A DNA stretch of 64,000 nt from Candidatus Kapaibacterium sp. (GTDB taxonomy: Bacteria; Bacteroidota; Ignavibacteria; Kapaibacteriales; Kapaibacteriaceae). Shown in pieces: positions 37,698 to 46,872 of this stretch. The DNA lies in contig VERF01000001.1 in assembly GCA_018882895.1 (NCBI GenBank), forward strand, positions 27,286 to 91,285, in the 5' to 3' direction. The notes beneath the pieces are model-generated. The model worked only from the letters and a program-made list of their open reading frames with translations. It ran no database searches and was not told where the DNA came from. Position 1 is the stretch's first letter. Each line of letters opens with the position of its first letter. The translations under genes were made by a program, and so were the position numbers.

Positions 37698-38669
37698 ATG
37701 CAAATGACTTACCTCGAGGCAATCGCTGATGCCATTCGACTTGAAATGCGCCGCGATGAAAGGGTGTTCCTCATCGGAGAGGACATCGGTACCTATGGTG
37801 GTGCCTTCAAACTCACGAAGGGTTTTCTCGACGAATTCGGGTCCAAGCGCGTGATTGATGCTCCCATCAGTGAGGCTGCCATCATCGGAGCATCCATTGG
37901 TGCGGCACTCAATGGCATGCGGCCCGTTGTGGAGATGCAGTTCATGGACTTCGTGACCAACGGGTTCAACCAGCTCGTCACTGTTGCCGGTACAACCGCC
38001 TATCGATGGTCGATCCCTGTCCCGATGGTGGTGCGCGGTCCGTCCGGTGGTGGTGTGGGAGCCAACCCCTTCCATAGTCGCAACTCGGAAGCCTGGTTTG
38101 CTCACGCTACGGGACTGAAAGTTGTCTGTCCCGCCTTCGCAGATGATGCCAAGGGGCTCATGGCCGCCTCAATGCGTGATGATGATCCGGTGGTGTTCTT
38201 TGAGCACAAGGGGCTCTACAGAAAGATCAAGGGCGAGGTACCAGAGGGTGAGTACATTGTGCCGCTGGGCAAGGCCCGTGTGGTTCGTCAGGGAATGCAC
38301 TGCAGCATCATAGCCTACGGTTCGGCTGTCCACATGGCACTGGCAGCAGCCGAAGAGGTTGCTAAAGAGGGCATTGACGTTGAGATCGTCGACATTAGGA
38401 CGCTCGTGCCGTTTGACGAGGAGACGGTACTGGAGTCAGTTCGTAAGACTCATCGTGCCATCATCGTTCACGAGGCAGTTCTTACGGCAGGCTTCGGTGG
38501 CGAGATCGCAGCTAGGATAGCCGATAAAGCATTCTCATACCTGGATGCTCCCGTCAAGCGTGTTGCGGCATTTGATGCACCTACCCCGTTTGCACCGACA
38601 CTCGAGCAAGCTGTCTTGCCAAATTCCACTGTTATCGCAAACACGATTCGACAAACTTGTTCGTTTTGA
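37698..38669 (+). CDS. pdhB: Pyruvate/2-oxoacid dehydrogenase E1 component beta subunit
   Basis: MQMTYLEAIADAIRLEMRRDERVFLIGEDIGTYGGAFKLTKGF... transketolase-like pyrimidine-binding and C-terminal domains. Confidence 0.85.
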   Translation: MQMTYLEAIADAIRLEMRRDERVFLIGEDIGTYGGAFKLTKGFLDEFGSKRVIDAPISEAAIIGASIGAALNGMRPVVEMQFMDFVTNGFNQLVTVAGTTAYRWSIPVPMVVRGPSGGGVGANPFHSRNSEAWFAHATGLKVVCPAFADDAKGLMAASMRDDDPVVFFEHKGLYRKIKGEVPEGEYIVPLGKARVVRQGMHCSIIAYGSAVHMALAAAEEVAKEGIDVEIVDIRTLVPFDEETVLESVRKTHRAIIVHEAVLTAGFGGEIAARIADKAFSYLDAPVKRVAAFDAPTPFAPTLEQAVLPNSTVIANTIRQTCSF

Positions 38670-38752
38670 TGCCTGCGTGTTGAAAAGTTCGGCGTCGCCA
38701 GCTCTGCGCCGAGCCGTAAATTTGTGCTCATTTAATCACGAGGCCCACGTAC

Positions 38753-39046
38753 ATGTCGAAAGTTCTCTTCAGCGTATCGTATTCGATTCCTGACGGCAAG
38801 CGATCTGAGTATCTGACAGCGGTTGCCTCTGTGCGCGACTTCTACGCAAGGTCTGATGTAGCCTTTTCGTTGTACGAGACCAAGGGTAAGCACAACCACT
38901 TCCAGGAAGTGTACGTTTATCCAAACGCCGAGGCGTACGAAGCATCGGACGATCCGGCAACAACAGCGGCTATCGCCACGTCGATCGAAAAGATCTACGC
39001 TCTAGCCTCGAACGTCACCTACGACGTTGCCAACGAAGTGGCCTGA
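38753..39046 (+). CDS. Small hypothetical protein (97 aa), possible ferredoxin-like fold protein
   Basis: Intact ORF with TAAATTTG -7-like box 28 nt upstream; no recognisable motif. Confidence 0.45.
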   Translation: MSKVLFSVSYSIPDGKRSEYLTAVASVRDFYARSDVAFSLYETKGKHNHFQEVYVYPNAEAYEASDDPATTAAIATSIEKIYALASNVTYDVANEVA

Positions 39047-39066
39047 CTAGCCGTCGCCCCGGAGCT

Positions 39067-40203
39067 ATGAACGTTGCGTTTGATGCCAGCGCCATCCTTG
39101 GTCGCAGCGGAATCGAGCGCTATTCACGGGAGCTCATAAAGGGGCTCCTTCGAACACATTCGGTTGACTCCGTAACGCTTGCCACTGATGCGACGGATGG
39201 CGGTGCGGTTGCGAGCTATTTTTCAGAATTCAGCGGCGTCGGGGTTCGTCCGTGCCTGACGCATGAGCGCCGTCTGGGCGCGCCAATGCGACCGATTATG
39301 AGAGCGTACCGGCGGCATCAGTTGTCCTCTGCCGTGCGGGATGCTGATCTTGTCCATCTGCTCGCACCCGGAAAGATCATTCCTCAAGGACGTCCGGTCG
39401 TGACGACCATACATGATCTTTTCCCGATGTATCCTGACATGGGCATCGAGGGACATCTTGCTCGACGTTTTCCCGGACGAATTCGGCGACATTTGCAAGC
39501 ATCAGATGCCATCATGTGTCCGTCCGCCTACGTTGCTTCCACAATTCAGATATTCTTCCCGAACTGTGATCTGCCGATCCATGTGACGCCACTTGCAGCA
39601 GGAGACGAGTTCACTCCGACCCCGTTGTCAAGTGAAGTGAGGAGTCGGTATAGGCTCGACAAGCCTTTCGTGCTGTTCATTGGAAGAGTTGATCCACGGA
39701 AAAACCTCCATCGAATGATGTTTGCCTGGAAGTCACTGCCAGCATCGATCCGAAGGAATGCGGAATTCGTGCTTATGATGGCAGGTGGTGCCGATGCTAT
39801 TGAGCGATTCCGGTCCGACAACGCATCTGTCATGGATGAGCCGTCTATTCGCATCATAAGTGATGTATCGACTTCTTCGATGGTGCAGATCCTTTCGGCA
39901 GCCAGGGCTCTTGCATTCGCCACTCTCGGAGAAGGTTTTGGTCTGCCGGTGCTTGAAGCTATGCGATGTGGTTGCCCTGTGATCACTTCGAATACTACGT
40001 CGCTGCCTGAGGTAGGGGGCTCTGCGGCGCTGTATGTGGATCCAACGACCGTTGATGAGATTGCACTCATGATGCAGCGTTGTATCGAAGACGATGAGCT
40101 TGTAGCCGCGCGCCGCGCAGAGGGCATCAAACACAGTGCAGCCTTCACGTGGGATGTCACGGCTCGAGCGACCGCGGCCGTCTACAACTCGGTGGTCGGG
40201 TGA
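39067..40203 (+). CDS. Glycosyltransferase family 1 (GT4-type)
   Basis: C-terminal GT1 motif region (GEGFGLPVLEAMRCGCPVITSNTTSLPEV). Confidence 0.8.
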   Translation: MNVAFDASAILGRSGIERYSRELIKGLLRTHSVDSVTLATDATDGGAVASYFSEFSGVGVRPCLTHERRLGAPMRPIMRAYRRHQLSSAVRDADLVHLLAPGKIIPQGRPVVTTIHDLFPMYPDMGIEGHLARRFPGRIRRHLQASDAIMCPSAYVASTIQIFFPNCDLPIHVTPLAAGDEFTPTPLSSEVRSRYRLDKPFVLFIGRVDPRKNLHRMMFAWKSLPASIRRNAEFVLMMAGGADAIERFRSDNASVMDEPSIRIISDVSTSSMVQILSAARALAFATLGEGFGLPVLEAMRCGCPVITSNTTSLPEVGGSAALYVDPTTVDEIALMMQRCIEDDELVAARRAEGIKHSAAFTWDVTARATAAVYNSVVG

Positions 40204-40207
40204 TCTT

Positions 40208-41335
40208 ATGGCCGAATCAGCGATCAAGAAGATAGAACTGGCCATCCGACGTTTCTACAACGCCCGCGCTGGCGGCAATGCAGAGCCTATGGTCGTTGAA
40301 GCGCCGAAGGTGGTCCTTGACATAGCTTCATTGCACAGGGTCCTTCTTCTTCGGCAGGATCGGATCGGTGATGTACTGGTCAGCACGCCGATCATAAGCG
40401 CGCTGCGCAAGCATCTGCCAAGTGCGCGCATTGATGTGGTTCTGTCGACCAACAATATCGCCGTGCGCCAAGCCATCGAAGATCAGGTCAATCATATTCA
40501 CGTGTTTCGTAAGTCGCTACTGCATCTGTTCATACTCCGGCGCATCCTGCGTCAGCAGCGATATGACCTGGTCATCGACATGATGGACAACGCGTCATCT
40601 ACGTCGGCTTTGTTGATCTCGGGAGCACGCGCGCGATGGTCGATTGGCGTCGACAAGGTCAACCGTGGGGTTTATTCACATGTCGTACCCCTTGCTGATC
40701 AGACACGCGTCCATATCGTCGAACGTATTGCGCGGCTTCTCTGGCCCCTTGGCATTAGTCTGCAGGGCGACGATTTGCGACTATCATTTCCTCTGACCGC
40801 CGATCAACGTCAGCAGGCCAAATCCCTCATGACCGATCCACGTGGAAGACGCGTCCTTGCCGTGAACATCTCTGGCTCGGATGTCCATCGGATGTATCCC
40901 GAGGAGATGATGGCCAGGTTGGTGCAGGCCATCGCGGCGCGGTGGTGTCATGACGGGAAGGGTGGCCTGGCCCTTCGATTGATGTCGGCCCCAATGCATG
41001 CCGATATGGCTCGGCGCATTGGCCAGGCATGCGATGTGGAGGTTGTTCCCCCTCAACCGTCGTATGCCTCGTTTGCCGCATGTATCGCTGCGGCCGATAT
41101 GCTCCTGACTCCCGATACATCAGCCGTGCATGCGGCAGCGGCCCATTCGGTCCCCAGCGTCGTCCTGTTTTCTCAGGACTCGCGCGGCCTGATGCCGTGG
41201 CTTCCGTATGCAACACCATGCTGGCCCTGCATCACAACTGCAGGAGCGCTGGAGACGATCGATGTTGCCGACGTTCTCAATGCCGTGGAGGCAATGATCG
41301 AATCCACGACCGAGCGCAATTCCGGTGATGCGTAA
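40208..41335 (+). CDS. Glycosyltransferase family 9 (LPS heptosyltransferase-like); start at ATG 40208
   Basis: [37 protein letters not shown]-terminal motif typical of ADP-heptose:LPS heptosyltransferases. Confidence 0.75.
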   Translation: MAESAIKKIELAIRRFYNARAGGNAEPMVVEAPKVVLDIASLHRVLLLRQDRIGDVLVSTPIISALRKHLPSARIDVVLSTNNIAVRQAIEDQVNHIHVFRKSLLHLFILRRILRQQRYDLVIDMMDNASSTSALLISGARARWSIGVDKVNRGVYSHVVPLADQTRVHIVERIARLLWPLGISLQGDDLRLSFPLTADQRQQAKSLMTDPRGRRVLAVNISGSDVHRMYPEEMMARLVQAIAARWCHDGKGGLALRLMSAPMHADMARRIGQACDVEVVPPQPSYASFAACIAAADMLLTPDTSAVHAAAAHSVPSVVLFSQDSRGLMPWLPYATPCWPCITTAGALETIDVADVLNAVEAMIESTTERNSGDA

Positions 41336-41367
41336 ATTTCATCCCCACTCTTTCTGATCGATCCGAT

Positions 41368-43143
41368 ATGCAATTTCAAAAGCGAACAGTTTCCTGCGGT
41401 GAACTCCGCCCGGCCAACGCCGGTTCCGTCGTCACTCTTAACGGCTGGGTTAACGCCCGTCGTGATTACGGTGGAGTGATTTTTATCGATCTGCGCGATC
41501 GATACGGCATCACGCAGGTCGTGGTCGATACGTCTCACTCACCGGCTCTGGCATCAGCCATCGATCCGGTGCGCTCGGAGTACGTGCTCTGGGTGAAGGG
41601 AACGATCCGCCTGCGCGAGAATCCCAACCCTCGGATTCCTACGGGGCTCATCGAGGTGCTTGCTGATGACATCGGAGTGATCAACGCCGCAGAGGTGACG
41701 CCGTTTGAGATCGTTGATGATCTCGCCACCAATGAGGAACTGCGGCTCCAACATCGGTATCTGGATCTGCGACGCCCGGCGCTGCAGAAGAACTTCCTGA
41801 TCCGCAACAAACTCTACCAGATAACCCACAGGTTTTTTGAGCAGGAGGGATTCCTGGAGGTTGAAACACCGGTTCTTACAAAGTCGACACCTGAGGGCGC
41901 TCGTGACTTCCTCGTTCCGAGTCGCATGAACAAGGGACGATTCTACGCCTTGCCACAGTCACCTCAGCTGTTCAAGCAGTTGCTGATGGTGTCTGGTTTT
42001 GATAAGTACATGCAGATCGTCAAGTGTTTTCGCGACGAAGACCTGCGTGCCGACAGGCAACCGGAGTTCACACAGATCGACGTGGAAATGTCCTTCGTCA
42101 CACAGGAAGATATTCTGTCGCTGACCGAGAGGTTCATTTCGACGGCATGGAAGCAAATCCTCGACGTTGACGTACCTGCGCCATTCCCGCGTATGAGTTT
42201 TCACGAGGCCCTGAGCCGATTTGGATCGGACAAGCCCGATATCCGTTACGGGCTCGAGCTGACGAATGTGTCAGAGATCGCCGGTACAAGCTCATTCGGC
42301 ATCTTTTCGTCTGCCGTTGCCGAGGGCGACGTCGTGATGGCCCTGAACGCCAAGTCCTGCGGTTCATTCTCACGCAAGCAGATTGATGAGCTCACAGAGC
42401 ATGCCAAGAAGTATGGTGCCAAGGGGCTTCCGTGGCTCAAGATGGTCGATGGTGAAATCTCAGGGTCCTTCGTCAAGCAGCTTGAGGGCGACCAGGCGGC
42501 AAGTCTCTGCGCTGAGCTCGGGGCTGAAAGTGGAGATCTGCTTCTGTTCTTCCCGGGTTCGTGGGAACGGGCATGCACGATCGGTGGGGCAATGCGTTCT
42601 GAGATCGCGCGAAGGTGCGGAATTCTTGATGGGCTCGCTGGCACGTATTCATTTCACTGGGTCGTAGAGTTTCCACTTCTCGAATACAGTGAAGAGGAGT
42701 CGCGCTGGATAGCACGACATCATCCCTTCACGGCTCCAATGAATGAAGATCTGCACCTTCTGTCGAGCGATCCGACGCATGCGCGCGCGGTGGCGCATGA
42801 CCTTGTGATCAACGGATACGAGGCAGCAGGGGGCTCAGTGCGGATCCATACTAATCCGGTACAGCAGCGCATGTTCGACCTTCTGGGCTTTTCCCGTGAG
42901 GATGCTGAACTGAAGTTCGGCTTCCTGCTCAATGCCCTGCGGTATGGAGCGCCCCCTCACGGAGGCATCGCCTTCGGCTTCGACAGACTCGTGATGCTAC
43001 TTGCCCAAACCGAGAACATTCGCGATGTGATCGCATTCCCGAAGACAACATCGGGTCTGTCACTCATGGATGGTTGCCCGTCAGGTGTCGATGATGCACA
43101 GCTGGCAGAGGTCGGCATTCGTCGAGCGGTCAGCGAACAATGA
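41368..43143 (+). CDS. aspS: Aspartyl-tRNA synthetase
   Basis: 591 aa; OB-fold anticodon-binding N-terminus, class II motifs ([23 protein letters not shown]; GGSVRIH; GFDRLVMLL). Confidence 0.9.
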   Translation: MQFQKRTVSCGELRPANAGSVVTLNGWVNARRDYGGVIFIDLRDRYGITQVVVDTSHSPALASAIDPVRSEYVLWVKGTIRLRENPNPRIPTGLIEVLADDIGVINAAEVTPFEIVDDLATNEELRLQHRYLDLRRPALQKNFLIRNKLYQITHRFFEQEGFLEVETPVLTKSTPEGARDFLVPSRMNKGRFYALPQSPQLFKQLLMVSGFDKYMQIVKCFRDEDLRADRQPEFTQIDVEMSFVTQEDILSLTERFISTAWKQILDVDVPAPFPRMSFHEALSRFGSDKPDIRYGLELTNVSEIAGTSSFGIFSSAVAEGDVVMALNAKSCGSFSRKQIDELTEHAKKYGAKGLPWLKMVDGEISGSFVKQLEGDQAASLCAELGAESGDLLLFFPGSWERACTIGGAMRSEIARRCGILDGLAGTYSFHWVVEFPLLEYSEEESRWIARHHPFTAPMNEDLHLLSSDPTHARAVAHDLVINGYEAAGGSVRIHTNPVQQRMFDLLGFSREDAELKFGFLLNALRYGAPPHGGIAFGFDRLVMLLAQTENIRDVIAFPKTTSGLSLMDGCPSGVDDAQLAEVGIRRAVSEQ

Positions 43144-43985
43144 TGTTTCGTGCCCTTCTGATCGGTCTTGTCGTTGCATCCTGTGCCTCGTCGGCTCAGA
43201 CAGAGTCGGTCACAGAGAACCGATTCCGTCAGGTCATGAAGGCGACTGCTGATTCGGCGTGGGTGAAGCTGCCGATGGGTGACTTCATTGCAAAGGTCGC
43301 TATGCAGTTCCTCGGCACACCCTACGTGGGCGGAACGTTGGAAGGAACCGGCAGCGAAGTGTGTCGGGTGGACCTCGGTGGGCTGGATTGCGTGACGCTG
43401 TTTGAAAACTCCTTGAACATTGCGCGAATCGCAAGACAGGGGAAGTCGACGTTGCCCGACCTGCGTGATGCCGTTACCTTCACGCGCTATCGCGACGGGG
43501 TTCTTTCGGGCTACACAAGCCGACTGCACTATACGTTGGAGTGGATCCGCAACAACGTCGCCAAAGGCACAGTCGTAGATGTATCAAGGTCACTGGGAGG
43601 AACTGCCACACTCTTCGGGGTGGACTTTATGTCGACGCACCCCCAGTACTATCCGGCACTTAAGTCTGATCCAAAAGCTACTGCCGAAATGGCGCGTATC
43701 GAGGAACGTTTGCGCCGCGACACGATGTACGTCATTCCTCGTGGTGGCATCCGAAAGATCGAATCAGAACTCCAGACGGGGGACATCGTCGCCATCGCGA
43801 CTTCCAAGAAGGGGCTCGACTATGCGCATACGGGGCTGGTGATTCGAGATGGGATGCGCGCCCGATTGCTGCATGCTTCGTCGACACGAAAACAGGTCAT
43901 CTTAGATGACTATTTGTCGGACGTCGTTCAGCGCGTGGAATCCTGGACGGGCATCTCAGTTGTCAGACCCGTTGACGGGCGTTGA
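43140..43985 (+). CDS. DUF1460-family lipoprotein (amidase/NlpC-like fold of unknown function)
   Basis: Signal peptide/lipobox [17 protein letters not shown]; DUF1460-like motifs [11 protein letters not shown] and [15 protein letters not shown]; ATGA overlap with aspS. Confidence 0.6.
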   Translation: MMFRALLIGLVVASCASSAQTESVTENRFRQVMKATADSAWVKLPMGDFIAKVAMQFLGTPYVGGTLEGTGSEVCRVDLGGLDCVTLFENSLNIARIARQGKSTLPDLRDAVTFTRYRDGVLSGYTSRLHYTLEWIRNNVAKGTVVDVSRSLGGTATLFGVDFMSTHPQYYPALKSDPKATAEMARIEERLRRDTMYVIPRGGIRKIESELQTGDIVAIATSKKGLDYAHTGLVIRDGMRARLLHASSTRKQVILDDYLSDVVQRVESWTGISVVRPVDGR

Positions 43986-44705
43986 GATAAGCGTTCCGTT
44001 GGCTGCCGTCCAGGCCATGATCGCCGTTACAACATCATCTGTGGTGATCTGCCTTGATGCCACCTGGCTCAGCGTCGTGCTTGATGCCATGATCGAACTG
44101 CGCAGTTTCTCGCGCTGATCTTCGTCGGCAATAATGATGTCGGCAAGTTGCTCATGGCCATTGCCGCAAAGGATTGATCCATGCTGCAGAACCACTCCGT
44201 CCAGCACCCGTTGGGCTGAGCCCACGACCTTGCGGCCCGATGAGAGGATCTCGGTTCGGGCATGTGAAGAGAAACACGCCTGACCCAAGGGACCGCTGGA
44301 GGCATAATGCGCGCGAAGGTCGGCGTCGAGTCCCGCAACCGACAGGTGCTCGGTCAGACCGGACAGTGCTTTGAAGATGATCATGTGTACATCGTGATAC
44401 ACTCGGCGTGCTTCGAGAGCATCGCCAACCGGCACACAGATGCAGTAGGTCACCTCATCGGCATGCAGCACGGCTCTGCCGCCCGTGGGCCGATGAACGA
44501 TGTCGTAGCCTCGCTCACGCAGCAGCAGCTGATCCATCGTATCTGCCGATTGATGCTTGCCCAGAGAAACGCACCAAGGCTGCCATGTGTAGAGTCGCAG
44601 AGTGGCAGGTATTGCTCCTGAACGTACGTCAGCGCACAGGGTCAGATCACGCTGCATGTTTTCTGCACCCGTGGCCGGACCACTGTTAATGATCTCAAAG
44701 GTCAT
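43956..44705 (-). CDS. Lipoate-protein ligase / octanoyltransferase family protein (BPL_LPL catalytic domain)
   Basis: LRLYTWQPWCVSLGKHQ and GRKVVGSAQRV motifs of LplA/LipM-type enzymes; 4-nt overlap with tyrS stop; 30-nt convergent overlap with DUF1460 gene. Confidence 0.7.
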   Translation of the reverse strand: MTFEIINSGPATGAENMQRDLTLCADVRSGAIPATLRLYTWQPWCVSLGKHQSADTMDQLLLRERGYDIVHRPTGGRAVLHADEVTYCICVPVGDALEARRVYHDVHMIIFKALSGLTEHLSVAGLDADLRAHYASSGPLGQACFSSHARTEILSSGRKVVGSAQRVLDGVVLQHGSILCGNGHEQLADIIIADEDQREKLRSSIMASSTTLSQVASRQITTDDVVTAIMAWTAANGTLISTPVNGSDN

Positions 44706-45910
44706 GAACCACTTATGCGCAGGAATCTGAGTTTGCCAACACGCAGGATCACGGGCGATGAGCAGTCAACGATCGCGGCAACGTCGACGATCTTGCTGCC
44801 ATCGATTGATACGCCCCCTTGCTGAACGAGACGTCGCGCCTCACTCTTTGAGGCTGCCATGCCGGTGAGTGTGAGCAAGGAGACAATGTCATGTGAGGTG
44901 CCCGCCAGCTGACGTTCTTCGATCTCATCCGGCAGGTCTTTGCGAACAAACACCTTTTCGAACTCTGCCAGTGCTGCGCTTCCCGAACCCGAACCGTGAT
45001 ATCGATCGACGATGCTGCTGGAAACTTCTACCTTGGCCTGGCGTGGGTGCAATGAGCCATCAGCAAGGTCTGCTGACATCTTCTTGACCTGCTCGGCGGT
45101 AGCAAAGCAGGCATACTGGTAGTAGCGTGCTATAAGCGAATCGGGGATGGACATGGTCTTGCCGAACATGTCCTTCGGTGAGTCCGTCAGCCCGATGTAG
45201 TTGTCAAGTGACTTACTCATCTTCTCCACGCCGTCAGTACCCTCAAGGATCGGCATGGTCAGAATGCACTGCGGTTGCTGACCATATGCCTTCATGATCT
45301 CGCGGCCAACCAGGAGATTGAACTTCTGATCCGTTCCCCCGAGCTCGACGTCGCTGCGCACCGCCACAGAGTCGTAGGCCTGCGACAGGGGATAGAGAAA
45401 CTCGTGCACGCTGATCGGCTCGCCAGCGCGGTATCTCTTGGTGAAGTCGTCGCGTTCAAGTAGCTGAGCCACCGTGTACTTGGCCGCCAGCGAGATCACA
45501 TCTCGGAAAGAAAGTGCATCAAGCCACTGTGAGTTGTAGACAACTTCGGTCTTCGACATGTCGAGGATCTTCGAGGCCTGGGCAACATACGTCTTGCCGT
45601 TTTCGCGTGTTTCTTCCAGCGTCAATGCGGGACGAGTCTTGGACTTACCCGTGGGGTCACCGATCATCGCCGTGAAGTCACCGATGATCAGAACGACCGT
45701 GTGGCCAAGATCCTGAAACTGACGGAGTTTGTTAAGCACCACCGCATGACCGATGTGTATGTCCGGCCGGCTCGGGTCAAGTCCCAGCTTCGCCCGTAAA
45801 GGCACTCCGGTGGCAATGCTCTTCTCAAGCTTGCGCACAAAGTCCTCTTGCGGCAAAAGGTCAACGACTCCGTCGTTGAGTATGTCGAGTTGTTCCTTGA
45901 GACTTTTCAT
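44702..45910 (-). CDS. tyrS: Tyrosyl-tRNA synthetase
   Basis: HIGH-type motif (PDIHIGHAV), KMSKS motif, C-terminal S4 domain. Confidence 0.9.
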   Translation of the reverse strand: MKSLKEQLDILNDGVVDLLPQEDFVRKLEKSIATGVPLRAKLGLDPSRPDIHIGHAVVLNKLRQFQDLGHTVVLIIGDFTAMIGDPTGKSKTRPALTLEETRENGKTYVAQASKILDMSKTEVVYNSQWLDALSFRDVISLAAKYTVAQLLERDDFTKRYRAGEPISVHEFLYPLSQAYDSVAVRSDVELGGTDQKFNLLVGREIMKAYGQQPQCILTMPILEGTDGVEKMSKSLDNYIGLTDSPKDMFGKTMSIPDSLIARYYQYACFATAEQVKKMSADLADGSLHPRQAKVEVSSSIVDRYHGSGSGSAALAEFEKVFVRKDLPDEIEERQLAGTSHDIVSLLTLTGMAASKSEARRLVQQGGVSIDGSKIVDVAAIVDCSSPVILRVGKLRFLRISGS

Positions 45911-45940
45911 GGTCAGTGTGGGATGTTAACCGTATTCGTG

Positions 45941-46206
45941 TCCTCCGTCCTCCGTCCTCCGTCCTCCGTCCTCCGTCATCCGTCATCCGTCCTCCGTCAT
46001 CCGTCCTCCGTCATCCGTCCTCCGTCCTCCGTCCTCCGTCCTCCGTCATCCGTCCTCCGTCATCCGTCATCCGTCATCCGTCCTCCGTCCTCCGTCCTCC
46101 GTCCTCCGTCATCCGTCCTCCGTCATCCGTCATCCGTCATCCGTCCTCCGTCCTCCGTCATCCGTCATCCGTCCTCCGTCATCCGTCATCCGTCATCCGT
46201 CATCTC
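45941..46206. repeat. Tandem heptanucleotide array, about 37 copies of TCCTCCG / TCATCCG (minus-strand sense ACGGAGG / ACGGATG), filling the smpB-tyrS intergenic spacer
   Basis: Read directly: perfect 7-bp periodicity from 45941 to 46199 with two unit variants in irregular order, degenerate final unit; the last ~1.5 units encode the SmpB C-terminal DDG and stop. Confidence 0.95.
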
Positions 46207-46660
46207 TTCTCTTCATCTCTCTCTTCTGTTCACGCTCCTTGGTTGCAGCGCGTTTGTCGTAGAGTTTCTTGCCACGCACAAGACCCAGTTCAACCTTAAC
46301 GTAGGGTCCCGAAAAATAGAGACTCAAAGGGACAACCGTGAGCCCCTTTTCCTCGATTCCCTCGCGCATGCGCCGAAGCTCATGGTGCTTGAGCAGGAGC
46401 TTGCGCTTGCGAAGGGGCTCGTGGTTCTCGCGATTCCCAAAGTCGTAGGGGCTGATGTGAAGACCCACCAGGTAGAGCTCGTCGGACCTTTTGTCCGGAA
46501 AAATGGCATAGGCATCGGCCAGGTTGACCTTGCCGGCGCGCAGCGACTTTACTTCCGTTCCTACCAGGGCAATGCCGGCCTCGAACCGATCAAGAACCTC
46601 GTACTCGAAGAGGGCCTTGCGGTTGGTGATGATGGTCCGTATGGTTCGATCATTGCTCAT
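46193..46660 (-). CDS. smpB: SsrA-binding protein SmpB
   Basis: 155 aa with SmpB core (ITNRKALFEYEVLDRFEAGIALVGTEVKSLR) and basic C-terminal tail. Confidence 0.9.
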   Translation of the reverse strand: MSNDRTIRTIITNRKALFEYEVLDRFEAGIALVGTEVKSLRAGKVNLADAYAIFPDKRSDELYLVGLHISPYDFGNRENHEPLRKRKLLLKHHELRRMREGIEEKGLTVVPLSLYFSGPYVKVELGLVRGKKLYDKRAATKEREQKREMKRRDDG

Positions 46661-46665
46661 GGACG

Positions 46666-46695
46666 AAAAAAGCCCCGCGTTGGGAACACGGGGCT
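46666..46695 (-). terminator. Rho-independent terminator downstream of tRNA-Ser (minus strand)
   Basis: Minus-strand RNA AGCCCCG-UGUUCCCAACG-CGGGGCU followed by UUUUU (plus-strand A-tract 46666-46670). Confidence 0.65.
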
Positions 46696-46703
46696 TCTGC
46701 GTG

Positions 46704-46794
46704 CGGAGAGGGAGGGATTCGAACCCTCGGTAGCGGTCTTAACCACTACGACGGTTTAGCAAACCGTTGCCTTCAGCCACTCGGCCACCTCTCC
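46704..46794 (-). tRNA. tRNA-Ser (anticodon GCT), class II with long variable arm
   Basis: Minus-strand GGAGAGGTGGCCGAGTGG...anticodon stem-loop ACGGT-TTGCTAA-ACCGT (GCT)...long variable arm...T-arm GAGGGTTCGAATCCCTC; acceptor stems pair (GGAGAGG/CCTCTCC); 91 nt. Confidence 0.9.
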
Positions 46795-46802
46795 CGGGGA
46801 GG

Positions 46803-46810
46803 CAAATATA
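46803..46810 (-). promoter_or_regulatory. Bacteroidota-type -7 promoter box (TATATTTG on minus strand) 8 nt upstream of tRNA-Ser 5' end
   Basis: Plus CAAATATA at 46803-46810; same octamer as the fur -7 box. Confidence 0.45.
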
Positions 46811-46872
46811 GCAAGTTCCGGTTTTAGAATCGTGAGCCCGTTGAGCTGGTGCCCGGTTCGTACTTTTGCGCC

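Noticed and set aside
45848-46759. Plus-strand ORFs of 303 aa and 127 aa (45916-46299) translating to SVLRPPSSV... repeats
   Set aside because: These are reading-frame artefacts of the heptanucleotide array (7-bp unit read in three frames over 21 bp). They run antisense through smpB and the tRNA-Ser gene and have no start context.
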